From positions 173,797 to 237,796 of the forward strand of contig CAYLPX010000001.1 in assembly GCA_964385825.1 (NCBI GenBank): a stretch of DNA of 64,000 nt. The letters run 5' to 3'. Positions 49,042 through 58,610 of this stretch are shown here, piece after piece (the first letter of the stretch is position 1; each line of letters opens with the position of its first letter). Made by a program: the position numbers and the translations under genes. The notes beneath the pieces were generated by a model that saw only the letters and a program-made list of their open reading frames with translations, did no database searches and was not told where the DNA came from. Source of the stretch: an uncultured Candidatus Saccharibacteria bacterium. Lineage in GTDB: Bacteria; Patescibacteriota; Minisyncoccia; Phycocordibacterales; JAKFXT01.

Positions 49042-50304
49042 CTATCCGATATATTCCTTACCCATAAATGGAACGAGGGCCTCCGGTACTTTTATGCGCC
49101 CATCTGCCTGTTGATAATTCTCAATAATTGAAACAAGAATGCGAGGAGTTGGAATAGCCGTACTATTCAAAGAGTGAGCGAAGCGCATAGAACCATCAAC
49201 ATCTTTATAACGGATACTAAGGCGACGAGTTTGAAAATCATGGAAATAAGAAGCCGAGCTTATCTCACGATACTTGTTTTCAAGTGGCACCCATAGCTCT
49301 ATGTCGTACTTCTTTACCTGCCCGAGTCCCAAGTCTCCACCACAATTCGCTACGGTATGGTATGGAATGGCGAGCGATTCTATGAATTCTTCAGTATTAC
49401 GATTAAGCCACTCATGGTATTTCACACTCTCTTCATGTGAAGCTTCACAGATAACCACCTGCTCCCATTTATAAAACTCATGTACCCGAATAAGGCCCCG
49501 AGTATCCTTGCCATGCGCCCCAGCTTCGCGACGAAAACAAGGACTAAACCCAAGATACTTAAGCGGTAACTCTTCCTTTTTTAGAACTTCATCCATGTGA
49601 TAGCCCATAACTCCAACCTCCGCCGTACCTGCTAAGAAATCGCCGTCCTGTGTTTTATACAAATCTTCTTCTCCTTGTGGTAAATACCCCGTACCCATAA
49701 AAACTTCGCGGCGAACTAATGAGGGAGCAATAATTGGATTAAACCCACGACTTAAGAAAAACTTTTGCGCATACTGCCACACCGCAAACGCTAAAAGTGC
49801 TCCATCCACCTTTAAAAAATATCCTCGAAAGCCAGCTACCTTAGTTCCTCGTTCAAAATCCACCATCCCGTGTTTTTCCATGAGATCAATGTGACTTTTC
49901 GGTTCAAAATCAAATGTAGGTTTTTCACCCCACACTTTTACTTCTTTGTTTTCAGAATCGTCAGAACCCTCGGGGACGGACATATCAGGAATGTTTGGGA
50001 CTTGAAGCATCAAAAGATGCCACTCTTTCATTACCTCTTTAAGCTTCTCCTCTTCTGCCACCAATAGTTCTTTAGACTTCTTAGACTGCTCTATAAGTTC
50101 TGCCCGCTTCGCTGTATCCTGCTCACGCGGCACAAGTTCAGCAATCTTGTTCTGTTCAGCTCGCTTGGCCTCCACTAAAGCAAGTGCTTCACGACGCTTA
50201 TCGTCAATCGCAATTAGGGACTCAACATTAAAATCAAGATGTTTTTTCTTAGCTCCCGCTGCTATGGCCTCCTTATTCTCCCTGATGAATTTAATATCAA
50301 GCAT
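49042..50304 (-). CDS. serS: Seryl-tRNA synthetase
   Basis: N-terminal coiled-coil arm MLDIKFIRENKEAI plus class II core motifs. Confidence 0.95.
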   Translation of the reverse strand: MLDIKFIRENKEAIAAGAKKKHLDFNVESLIAIDDKRREALALVEAKRAEQNKIAELVPREQDTAKRAELIEQSKKSKELLVAEEEKLKEVMKEWHLLMLQVPNIPDMSVPEGSDDSENKEVKVWGEKPTFDFEPKSHIDLMEKHGMVDFERGTKVAGFRGYFLKVDGALLAFAVWQYAQKFFLSRGFNPIIAPSLVRREVFMGTGYLPQGEEDLYKTQDGDFLAGTAEVGVMGYHMDEVLKKEELPLKYLGFSPCFRREAGAHGKDTRGLIRVHEFYKWEQVVICEASHEESVKYHEWLNRNTEEFIESLAIPYHTVANCGGDLGLGQVKKYDIELWVPLENKYREISSASYFHDFQTRRLSIRYKDVDGSMRFAHSLNSTAIPTPRILVSIIENYQQADGRIKVPEALVPFMGKEYIG

Positions 50305-50360
50305 AATTTATTCCCAATACGTAACAGTCTATAGTTAATAGAGGATAGAATCAAGAGAAT

Positions 50361-50386
50361 AGAAAAAGGGCGGCCTCCGGCCGCCC
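50361..50386 (-). terminator. Intrinsic terminator for cassette H (gggcggcc-ggag-gccgccc + U-run)
   Basis: Read directly. Confidence 0.65.
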
Positions 50387-50393
50387 CACACCC

Positions 50394-50747
50394 TCATATA
50401 TATTTCCCCATAAGTCGACATGCATCCGCGGCGACCTGTATGGGGGTCGGCTGAACGCTAAAGAGCCGCTCACGTGACGGAAAATCGGACGCGAGTAATG
50501 CTACCGACCCCCGAACGACGATGAAACCTTCCCAGTTGGCAACATCGAGAGACTCCAGATGCTGAGTGTTCACCTCTTCGGGATCACCCAGGGCGATAAC
50601 GCCATAGCCAGGAAAGTCGCGAAGATGCCGACTGGCCTCTTCCAGATCACGAGCTTCCCCCGTCGGAAACCCGGCCTGATTGAGCCAAAGGCACATGACT
50701 CGCCGCGCCTCAGCCTCCGCACAAAGAACCAGAACCTTCTTATGCAT
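50394..50747 (-). CDS. GC-rich cassette H: hypothetical 117-aa protein, possibly receiver-like fold
   Basis: ORF track. SD AGGGGG 5 nt upstream (50753-50758). GC-rich. KVLVLCAE..beta-alpha pattern is weakly receiver/CheY-like. Confidence 0.5.
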   Translation of the reverse strand: MHKKVLVLCAEAEARRVMCLWLNQAGFPTGEARDLEEASRHLRDFPGYGVIALGDPEEVNTQHLESLDVANWEGFIVVRGSVALLASDFPSRERLFSVQPTPIQVAADACRLMGKYI

Positions 50748-50830
50748 GTTTGCCCCCTAGGCAGTTTTTTCCTATTAGTAGTTTTTCCACATAACTTGAA
50801 GAATTGCAAATAGGTCGACTTTTTTAAGCT

Positions 50831-51700
50831 ATGATTACTATAATGGATGAAATACAGCTACTTCCTAAAGCAGACTTCCCGGAGCGACTTTTAGAAATCC
50901 CTGATGCTCCTAAATCACTCTATTATAGAGGGATACTTCCTGACTTTGAGGAGAATAGATTTCTCGCAGTGGTTGGCTCACGCAAGTTCAGCAATTATGG
51001 AAAGGAGGCTTGCCAAAAATTACTCTCTGGACTCTCTGGCTACCCCATAGTCGTCATATCTGGACTTGCGCTTGGAATAGATGCCATTGCCCATGAGTCA
51101 GCACTTTCTGCAGGGCTAAAAACACTGGCTGTTCCTGGTTCAGGACTTAATGATGCGGTACTCTATCCACGAATGAACTTCAACCTTGCTCAAAGGATTC
51201 TAAAAGAAGGAGGTGCGCTACTTTCAGAGTTTGAACCAGATGCAAAATCAGCTCCATACTTTTTCCCACAACGTAATCGCATTATGGCCGGACTCTCCCA
51301 TGCAGTCCTCATCATAGAAGCAGAGGGACAAAGTGGGACCTTGATTACTGCGCGCCTTGCTACCGAATACAACCGCGATGTGCTTACTGTCCCTGGTTCT
51401 ATTTTTAGCGAAACATCAGCTGGTCCACATTTACTTCTCAAACTCGGCGCAACCCCCATTCGCACGAGCGAAGACATACTTGAGGCACTCTATATAACAA
51501 CTATGAGTGAAGAAAAAGTAATGCCGAGCAACTTAACTCCAGACGAGCAAAGGGTTTTGGAACTTCTACGAGAACCAATCGAGAAAGAGATGATTTATGG
51601 ATGTCTTGCTCTTTCAACTAGTGAAGTCAACTCACTCTTAACTATGATGGAACTTAAGGGACTAATAAGAGAAAGTTTGGGGAAATTGTACCAAGTTTGA
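50831..51700 (+). CDS. dprA: DNA-processing protein A (DprA/Smf)
   Basis: Rossmann-like core GYPIVVISGLALGIDAIAHESAL and a C-terminal DML1-like domain. Confidence 0.9.
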   Translation: MITIMDEIQLLPKADFPERLLEIPDAPKSLYYRGILPDFEENRFLAVVGSRKFSNYGKEACQKLLSGLSGYPIVVISGLALGIDAIAHESALSAGLKTLAVPGSGLNDAVLYPRMNFNLAQRILKEGGALLSEFEPDAKSAPYFFPQRNRIMAGLSHAVLIIEAEGQSGTLITARLATEYNRDVLTVPGSIFSETSAGPHLLLKLGATPIRTSEDILEALYITTMSEEKVMPSNLTPDEQRVLELLREPIEKEMIYGCLALSTSEVNSLLTMMELKGLIRESLGKLYQV

Positions 51701-51755
51701 CAAGGCAGTTTTATACTATTAAATACTGATAGACCCACCACCCAAGGAGAGATAC

Positions 51756-52085
51756 ATGGAGTACATTGCCGCAATTGGTCCCAAGGACCCCACGCTCTCG
51801 GAACTCCGACTGACGACGTTTGAGCAGGCGGAGGTCGCCATGCTCGTAGCATGGCTCAACTACCATCTGCTGCTCACCGAAAACAAGATGACGATTGAGG
51901 GGAATTCCTCCATTGCGTTCAGCACCAAGGAGAATCCGGTACGCCTCGAACTTGGTCCAACCGCCTCATCGAACAACGTCGTGCGTGCCGTGATGAAACG
52001 GTTCCATGAGGTCGGCTGGGAATGTCGTGCCTTTGATGTCCCCATGAAAACCCTGAGCATGCATTTCTGGGCACTCAGTGGATGA
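51756..52085 (+). CDS. GC-rich cassette I: hypothetical 109-aa protein
   Basis: ORF track. Leader ccacccaaggagagatacATGga is identical to the cassette G leader. Followed by terminator 52101-52128. Confidence 0.55.
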   Translation: MEYIAAIGPKDPTLSELRLTTFEQAEVAMLVAWLNYHLLLTENKMTIEGNSSIAFSTKENPVRLELGPTASSNNVVRAVMKRFHEVGWECRAFDVPMKTLSMHFWALSG

Positions 52086-52100
52086 GCTGCCCCCTGCAAA

Positions 52101-52128
52101 CCCCCGCGTAATGCGGGGCGTTTTTTTA
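52101..52128 (+). terminator. Intrinsic terminator after cassette I (ccccgcg-taat-gcgggg + TTTTTTT)
   Basis: Read directly. Confidence 0.7.
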
Positions 52129-52205
52129 TTTAATTTAAATTTATTTTATTTATTTTTTATAGTTGTTATTTGACACGCACACAGGTTCTATAGTATTAGT
52201 TCGCT

Positions 52206-54404
52206 ATGCGATTACTAATTGTTGAGTCTCCCGCTAAGGCCAAAACTATTGAAAAATATCTTGGTGGCGATTTTACTGTACGTGCATCCATTGGTCACAT
52301 TCGTGATCTACCAAAGAATAATAAAAAGGCGATAGATATAGAGGGTGGCTTTATTCCCCACTACGAAGTTAGTAAGGGAAAGGAAAAAGTTATTGAGGAA
52401 TTGAAAGGTTTAGCTAAAAAAGCAAAGGCTATTTATCTAGCAACAGATCCAGACCGAGAAGGAGAAGCTATTGCCTGGCATATCAAAGAATCTTTGGGAC
52501 TCAAAAACCCTGAGCGCATTGTCTTTCATGAAATTACGGAAGAAGCGGTGAAGGAAGCCATGAATCACCCGCGCAAAATAGATATGCAACTCAAAGAAGC
52601 GCAGGAGGCACGCCGAGTACTTGACCGCCTTGTAGGCTATGACCTATCAGGCCTCATCTGGCAAAAGGTACGCTATGGACTCTCGGCTGGGCGGGTGCAA
52701 TCCCCCGCGCTCCGTATCATCATGGAGCGTGAGAGAGAAATACGCGCTTTTATCCCCGAACAATATTTTGTGATTACTGCTGAAGTGAAAGGAAAGAAGG
52801 GAAATTCATTCACTGTTTCTTGTGATGAAGAACCACGAGACATAAAGCTGGTTGAGAAAATTTTAAGTAAAGGAAAAAGTGGCGCCTGGCGCGTAAAAGA
52901 TATTACCGAAACTGAAGTGAAGCGTGCGGCTCGTGCCCCGTTTACCACATCTACTTTGCAGCAAACAGCAAGCTCGCGCCTCGGCTTCTCTCCTTCTCGC
53001 ACCATGGCTGTAGCGCAGAGGCTTTATGAATCTGGGCATATCACCTACATGCGTACTGACAGTACTACTCTTAGTGTTGTAGCACAGAAAGAAATCGCCC
53101 TCACCATTGAAAAGCAATTCGGAAAAGAATATTTGGACCTTAAACAATTTGCAACCAAAAGCAAGAACGCTCAAGAAGCTCACGAAGCCATCCGCCCTAC
53201 TCACGCCCTCAAAGCTACCGCAGGACTTACTGAGGAACAAAAGAAACTGTATGAACTGATTCGTAGTCGTACCATCGCCTCACAAATGACCGATGCCAAG
53301 ACACTTCGCATGAAATTGTCTGCGGAAGTGGTAGACGGTGATATACCAAACTTTAGCGTAAATGGCTCACGGGTACTTTTCGATGGATGGCTAAAAGCTG
53401 ATCCCGATGCCCGCGGCGAGGATATAGAACTCCCTAAAGTTGAGAAGGGTGAAGCGCTCACCTGCCTTGATATACAATCCCTTGAAAAGGCCACCGAGCC
53501 TCCAGGCCGCTATACCGAAGCTGGCCTCGTTAAGGAACTTGAAAAGCGCGGTATCGGGCGACCTTCTACCTACGCTTCCATTATGAAAACTATTGAGGAA
53601 CGTGGCTATGTGGACAAGCAAGGTAAAACGCTTATTCCAACCGACACGGGGGACGTAGTAAGTTCATTCCTCGAGAAAAACTTCGGGGATTATATCAGTG
53701 ACACTTTCACCGCGGAGATGGAAGATGAGCTTGATGATATTGCAAACGGTAAGCGTGAGTATGCCAAAACACTTAAAGACTTTTACACTCCATTTTCGAA
53801 AGAAATAAAAGTTCGTGGTAAGGCAACAGAGAAAATTACTAACCTGGGAGACGCACCAAAAGAATTCCCTTGCCCGAAATGTAATTCACCCATGATTTTC
53901 AAACTTTCCAAGAATGGAAAGTTTATGAGCTGCTCTCGTTTTCCTGACTGTGATGGAGCTCGTACCGTGGACGGTGTTGAACTTGAGGGGCCAAAACTAA
54001 CTGGTGAAGCCTGCCCTGAGTGTAAGGATGGCAAGCTTATGGAACGTGATGGGCGCTACGGACGCTTCATTGCTTGTTCTAATTATCCAAAATGTAAATT
54101 TATTAAAGAAGACCCAACTGAAAAAGCAAAAAAGGATAGTGGGATTGTTTGCCCTACTTGTGGCACAGGTACTATGATTGAACGCCGTGGACGTTTTGGT
54201 ATTTTTTACTCCTGCAGCAACTACCCAACATGCAAAAATGCCATCAAAGCGAAGCCAACCGGTAATATTTGTAAACTATGTGGAAGTTTAATGATGATCG
54301 GTACGAAGACTATTCCAGAACGCTGCTCAAATAAAACATGTCCAATGCATAATCCACATAAGATGGATGAGAAGCCTAAAGCAGGTCTTAAAAAGAAAAA
54401 ATAG
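52206..54404 (+). CDS. topA: DNA topoisomerase I with C-terminal zinc-ribbon repeats
   Basis: TOPRIM (LVIVESPAKAKTI, DPDREGE), catalytic Tyr region YITYMRTDS, and four C4 zinc ribbons (CPKC..C..C etc.). Confidence 0.95.
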   Translation: MRLLIVESPAKAKTIEKYLGGDFTVRASIGHIRDLPKNNKKAIDIEGGFIPHYEVSKGKEKVIEELKGLAKKAKAIYLATDPDREGEAIAWHIKESLGLKNPERIVFHEITEEAVKEAMNHPRKIDMQLKEAQEARRVLDRLVGYDLSGLIWQKVRYGLSAGRVQSPALRIIMEREREIRAFIPEQYFVITAEVKGKKGNSFTVSCDEEPRDIKLVEKILSKGKSGAWRVKDITETEVKRAARAPFTTSTLQQTASSRLGFSPSRTMAVAQRLYESGHITYMRTDSTTLSVVAQKEIALTIEKQFGKEYLDLKQFATKSKNAQEAHEAIRPTHALKATAGLTEEQKKLYELIRSRTIASQMTDAKTLRMKLSAEVVDGDIPNFSVNGSRVLFDGWLKADPDARGEDIELPKVEKGEALTCLDIQSLEKATEPPGRYTEAGLVKELEKRGIGRPSTYASIMKTIEERGYVDKQGKTLIPTDTGDVVSSFLEKNFGDYISDTFTAEMEDELDDIANGKREYAKTLKDFYTPFSKEIKVRGKATEKITNLGDAPKEFPCPKCNSPMIFKLSKNGKFMSCSRFPDCDGARTVDGVELEGPKLTGEACPECKDGKLMERDGRYGRFIACSNYPKCKFIKEDPTEKAKKDSGIVCPTCGTGTMIERRGRFGIFYSCSNYPTCKNAIKAKPTGNICKLCGSLMMIGTKTIPERCSNKTCPMHNPHKMDEKPKAGLKKKK

Positions 54405-54411
54405 AAATGTT

Positions 54412-54438
54412 AAACCGCGGCCGGGAGGCCGCGGTTGT
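54412..54438. terminator. Bidirectional terminator between topA and cassette J (ccgcggcc-ggga-ggccgcgg)
   Basis: Read directly. Confidence 0.6.
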
Positions 54439-54446
54439 GCTGATGT

Positions 54447-54809
54447 TCAGGCTCTCCGATTGTGGCGCCTACCAGCTTCAAAATCGCATGGCTGCTCCTC
54501 CATTTCCTCGTAAGCCTCCGAGGTAGTGGCAAGCCCCCATGCAAAGAAAAGTGAGATGATGGCGAGAGCTAAAAGCATGCTCGATACCCCACCGAAACCC
54601 CAACGAACCGTGTGACTAAGCAAGATCAGTACGAAGCACACCGTAGTGGCCAGTGCCGCCTTGCTGTAAGCATCACAGGCATTGGCCAAGGATTGTCTCT
54701 TCCGATACCCGATATGCGCAGTCAAACCACGTAGGGCGTAAAAGAGCGCGACGCCCACAAACACCAGCGTCAGTGCGATGCAGATTGCAGTCATGGCTAC
54801 TGTCAGCAT
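54447..54809 (-). CDS. GC-rich cassette J: hypothetical 120-aa polytopic membrane protein (SD AAGGAGGGG)
   Basis: True start MLTVAMTAICIAL at 54807-54809. The ORF-track N-terminal extension is AT-rich and unlikely to be coding. Confidence 0.5.
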   Translation of the reverse strand: MLTVAMTAICIALTLVFVGVALFYALRGLTAHIGYRKRQSLANACDAYSKAALATTVCFVLILLSHTVRWGFGGVSSMLLALAIISLFFAWGLATTSEAYEEMEEQPCDFEAGRRHNRRA

Positions 54810-54896
54810 GATTCCCCTCCTTAGGGAGCTATTGTCCAAAATCAGTAAACCGCTCGCACACTTGAATGTCAAGAAGAATATCCGTACTATAGAGAA

Positions 54897-56435
54897 ATGG
54901 AACAGCAAACCCCCAAAGTAACAGATATTATCTCCCTCCTCGATAACCCAAGCAAAGAAGATATTGCTGTTATTGAAAAAGCCTTTATTTTTGCTGAAAT
55001 TGCTCACAAGGACCACAAACGCTATTCAGGCGAACCGTATTTCACGCATCTTTTCTATACAGCCAAAAATCTAGCTACCCTCCAAATGGATGCTAAAAGT
55101 ATTGCTGCGGGACTCCTTCACGACACCATTGAAGATACCGGGGTAACTCCAGAAACTATTGAGAAGGAATTTGGAGGCGAAATCCTATTTCTTATCGATG
55201 GAGTAACTAAGCTAGGAAAAATTAAGTTTCGAGCCGACGCACAGCGGCACATCGAGAGTCTACGAAAATTATTCGTAGCCACAGCTCAAGACATACGCGT
55301 ACTTATTATTAAGCTTTGTGACCGACTTCATAACATGCAAACCCTTGAGCATGTCCCGAAAGAAAAACAACGTCGCATTGCCCTTGAAACACTAGAGGTA
55401 TATGCGCCCCTTGCTCATCGCCTCGGTATGCGCCAGATGAATCGTGAACTTGAAGACCTGGCATTCGCCTACACCAATGAGAAGGAGTATACGAGTACCA
55501 AACATTTGCTTAAAGAAGCAACGAGTAAGCATGCGGATGAAAACCTCACTAAGTTTCTAAATAGCATCAAGAAAGCTCTTGCCGCCTCTGGGCTCACTAA
55601 TTTTAAAAGTGACTACCGGGTTAAGGGTATTTACAGCCTTTACAAAAAATTGGAGCGTAAGAAAGATATTAGTACTATTTATGACCTACTTGCGATTCGT
55701 ATCATCGTTGAAACTGAAAGTGATTGCTACAAAGCGCTCGGCATCATACATGCGAACTTCCGCCCACTTTTAGGTCGTATCAAGGACTACATTGCTGTTC
55801 CTAAACCTAATGGTTATCAGTCCCTCCATACAACCGTTTTTATGGGAGATGGTTCCATTATTGAAATCCAAATCCGCACGAGCGCCATGCACCGAGAAGC
55901 TGAATTCGGTATTGCTTCACATCTCGCATACAAAGAAGGTGTACCTCTTGGGAAACTTGGAGCCAATATGTTATGGATTCGTCGCCTTCTACCATCCCCT
56001 ACCAAAATATTGAAACGTTTTACCGATGGGGAGCGAAAAGAGGGGCTCTCGGTACCACAGTGGATTAAGCAACTTGCGGAAAGTGAAACTGAAGAAGAAC
56101 CATCGGACGAATTCATGGAGAATTTGAAAAGCGACTTCTTTGAACACAGGCTTTTTGCGTTCACTCCCCGCGGAGACGTTATAGATCTCCCGGTTAATTC
56201 TTCCCCCGTAGACTTTGCTTACGCCATTCATTCAGATATTGGTAACCATGTATTCGGTGCCAAAGTTAATAACAAATTAGTCTCACTAGATACTCCACTA
56301 CAAAATGGAGATATCGTAGAAATTATTACCAAAACAAGTAGTAAACCGTCCAGAAAGTGGCTAGACTTTACCAAAACAACGTTAGCGCGTCGCCACATTA
56401 GAACTGCGCTTGATATCAAAGCTCCTGGAGCATAG
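54897..56435 (+). CDS. relA: Bifunctional (p)ppGpp synthetase/hydrolase RelA/SpoT homolog, short form (HD + synthetase + TGS, no ACT)
   Basis: HD motif HKDHKRYSGEPYFTHL...HD, RelA_SpoT block RIIVETESDCYKALGIIH, and TGS-like C-terminus. Confidence 0.9.
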   Translation: MEQQTPKVTDIISLLDNPSKEDIAVIEKAFIFAEIAHKDHKRYSGEPYFTHLFYTAKNLATLQMDAKSIAAGLLHDTIEDTGVTPETIEKEFGGEILFLIDGVTKLGKIKFRADAQRHIESLRKLFVATAQDIRVLIIKLCDRLHNMQTLEHVPKEKQRRIALETLEVYAPLAHRLGMRQMNRELEDLAFAYTNEKEYTSTKHLLKEATSKHADENLTKFLNSIKKALAASGLTNFKSDYRVKGIYSLYKKLERKKDISTIYDLLAIRIIVETESDCYKALGIIHANFRPLLGRIKDYIAVPKPNGYQSLHTTVFMGDGSIIEIQIRTSAMHREAEFGIASHLAYKEGVPLGKLGANMLWIRRLLPSPTKILKRFTDGERKEGLSVPQWIKQLAESETEEEPSDEFMENLKSDFFEHRLFAFTPRGDVIDLPVNSSPVDFAYAIHSDIGNHVFGAKVNNKLVSLDTPLQNGDIVEIITKTSSKPSRKWLDFTKTTLARRHIRTALDIKAPGA

Positions 56436-56493
56436 CTTCACAAGTACCACAAAAAGAGTAGTATAAACTCCGGATAAACTTTGGAGAAAGTCC

Positions 56494-56841
56494 ATGAGCA
56501 CCATACGCAGTATGACCGCAGCCGACCTTGAGAAGGTTGCGGAGAAGGTGATCCGCTATATTGCCCAGGAACACGGCAGGGCCGCCAAAGGAATTTTCCA
56601 GAAGGCGGGAAATGTCACGCTATCTGACGGAAGCGTGGCGCAGGAAATAACCATCCTGCCGCCGTGGCCACAGCGACTCAAGCTGTGGCTCCAGCTGAAA
56701 CCCACTACCTTCTGCTGGCTGGGCTTTAATAGGGGCAAACTGATCTGCCGGCCTAGTGTGAAAGAGGATGTAGCGCCCCTCAAGACGCTCCTTGCAACCC
56801 TCCAAACGCAGTTCACCTTCACCTTCGAGGTAAGGGGGTGA
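56494..56841 (+). CDS. GC-rich cassette K: hypothetical 115-aa protein
   Basis: ORF track. SD GGAG. Terminator 56855-56891 (gccgcgcg..cgcgcggc + TTTTTT). Confidence 0.55.
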   Translation: MSTIRSMTAADLEKVAEKVIRYIAQEHGRAAKGIFQKAGNVTLSDGSVAQEITILPPWPQRLKLWLQLKPTTFCWLGFNRGKLICRPSVKEDVAPLKTLLATLQTQFTFTFEVRG

Positions 56842-56854
56842 AATCCCAAACGCT

Positions 56855-56891
56855 GCCGCGCGACGCCCAAGGGCCCGCGCGGCAATTTTTT
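56855..56891 (+). terminator. Intrinsic terminator after cassette K
   Basis: Read directly. Confidence 0.65.
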
Positions 56892-58074
56892 AAATTACAA
56901 AATTTTTCACTGAGTAGAGATCCTCCTCTTGTTCCTCTCGACTGCGATCATCAACCGGAGCTTCAGGTTCTGAAGTTGTGGCTAGTTCTTGTTCAGCAAT
57001 AACGGCAGGAGACATTTGAGGAGCCACCTCTGGTACTGTTTCTGTAGACATTTCTGGTAAGTTGTTTGGTGCTATGTAAGGAGTAGTATCCGCTGCAACT
57101 TCTGGTAGCCCTGCTTCCCCACCAACTTTGCCACCTGTTAGTTCGGCTTCCCTTTCTGCTATAGCTTCCTGCATGGTTGGGCGAGTATTGGGATTTTGCT
57201 TTTCCTTTTCAATAAACTTATTAAGCAGATGATCGGCCCCCTTACTTTCCTTACTTTTAAGGGCTTCAGTAAGTGCTCGTAAATCCTCAGCACCAAAAAA
57301 ATCAATAACCACTTTCCCTCCTTTCTCTTTTTGTTCAATTTTCACCCGAGTACCCAAACTTTCTGTTAACTGCGTTTCAAGGTCGGCTATATCTGGATCT
57401 AGCAAGTACTCCTTCTTGCGTACACGATCGTACGCCACACGTCTTGCCAATCCTTCGGTTTCTCGCACAGAAAGACGTTTGTAGACAATCTCCTTAAACA
57501 AAACTAGCTGCTCATCTGGTCTATCGGCAAGCATGAGAAGCGGTCGTGTATGTCCTTCACTAATTTTTCCGGTTGATACCGCTTCTATCATTTCAGGTGG
57601 AAGCAAAAGGAGGCGTAATGTATTTGAAACATACTCACGACTCTTACCAACCTTCTCAGCAATCTGTGCATGCTTAAAGCCGAATTCATTTACAAGGCGC
57701 TCAAAAGCGCGAGCTCGGTCCACCGCGTTAAGATCCTCACGCTGTAAGTTCTCAATGATAGCTAATTCAAGTTTTACACGATTATCATCTTCTCCCGCGC
57801 GAATAGTAGCAGGAACCGTGGTAAGTCCTGCAAGCTTTGAAGCACGTAGACGTCTCTCACCAGCTATAAGTTCATAACGAGTTTGAAGCCCTCCGTCCTC
57901 CATCATCACTTCCTTACGAGTGACAGTGAGCGGCTGAAGAAAACCATACTGACGAAGTGAATCTGCAAGTTCCTTAAGGCGAGCCTCATCAAACTCACGA
58001 CGAGGTTGAAATGGATTGGGATCAATTTTATCGACCTCAATCCAAAAAATAGAATCACTTAAATATTGCGACAT
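56890..58074 (-). CDS. parB: Chromosome-partitioning protein ParB/Spo0J with extended acidic C-terminal tail
   Basis: ParB box GERRLRASKLAGLTTVPATIR, HTH, and a long Glu/Pro/Thr-rich C-terminus. Confidence 0.9.
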   Translation of the reverse strand: MSQYLSDSIFWIEVDKIDPNPFQPRREFDEARLKELADSLRQYGFLQPLTVTRKEVMMEDGGLQTRYELIAGERRLRASKLAGLTTVPATIRAGEDDNRVKLELAIIENLQREDLNAVDRARAFERLVNEFGFKHAQIAEKVGKSREYVSNTLRLLLLPPEMIEAVSTGKISEGHTRPLLMLADRPDEQLVLFKEIVYKRLSVRETEGLARRVAYDRVRKKEYLLDPDIADLETQLTESLGTRVKIEQKEKGGKVVIDFFGAEDLRALTEALKSKESKGADHLLNKFIEKEKQNPNTRPTMQEAIAEREAELTGGKVGGEAGLPEVAADTTPYIAPNNLPEMSTETVPEVAPQMSPAVIAEQELATTSEPEAPVDDRSREEQEEDLYSVKNFVI

Positions 58075-58155
58075 ACTGAGATTTTAGCACGCACTTCTTA
58101 AAGCATAAAATATTGAAGAAAATCCCTTCTTGCGGTAAGGTAAGCCTATTGCCGG

Positions 58156-58179
58156 AACCTGCCTGCCGGCAGGCAGGTT
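58156..58179. promoter_or_regulatory. 24-nt perfect GC-rich palindrome aacctgcctgccggcaggcaggtt in parB/GIY-YIG intergenic region
   Basis: Read directly. Unusual in an AT-rich spacer. Function unknown (operator, partition-related site, or terminator). Confidence 0.35.
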
Positions 58180-58187
58180 GGTAAAAC

Positions 58188-58430
58188 ATGTACACAGTCT
58201 ATGTAATCAAAAGTAAGGTAAGAAATTACATATACGTTGGGCTAACTTCAAATTTTTCTCAAAGATTGGACTGTCACAACTTAGGGAAAAATAAGACAAC
58301 CCGAGCCTATGCACCTTTTGATATAATTACCATTGAAAAATATCCGACAAGAATAGAAGCTAGGAAGCGTGAAAAGTATTTGAAAAGTGGAGTAGGAAAG
58401 GAGTATATTAAGAAAAGTCTGCCGCGGTGA
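58188..58430 (+). CDS. GIY-YIG nuclease-domain small protein (80 aa)
   Basis: YTVYVIKSKVRNYIYVGLTSNFSQRLDCHNLGK matches the GIY-YIG core. The last 10 nt overlap the tRNA-Leu 5' end. Confidence 0.75.
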   Translation: MYTVYVIKSKVRNYIYVGLTSNFSQRLDCHNLGKNKTTRAYAPFDIITIEKYPTRIEARKREKYLKSGVGKEYIKKSLPR

Positions 58431-58502
58431 CGGAATTGGTAGACGTACACGACTCAAAATCGTGCGGGGTAACCCATGGGAGTTCGATTCTCCCCCGCGG
58501 CA
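58421..58502 (+). tRNA. tRNA-Leu (anticodon CAA), type II with long variable arm, no encoded CCA
   Basis: Hand-folded. Acceptor GCCGCGG/CCGCGGC, anticodon stem CACGA/TCGTG with loop CTCAAAA, variable arm GGGGTAACCC, T-arm GGGAG-TTCGATT-CTCCC, discriminator A. Confidence 0.8.
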
Positions 58503-58610
58503 CTAAAAAACTGTTCTTGTTATGTTTTTTAGTGTTGGGAGAATCGAAGGCCGGAGCGCGACGGCGCGAGGCGGGGTTGCGAGATTTTTCACTAGAAAAA
58601 TACCTGTAAC

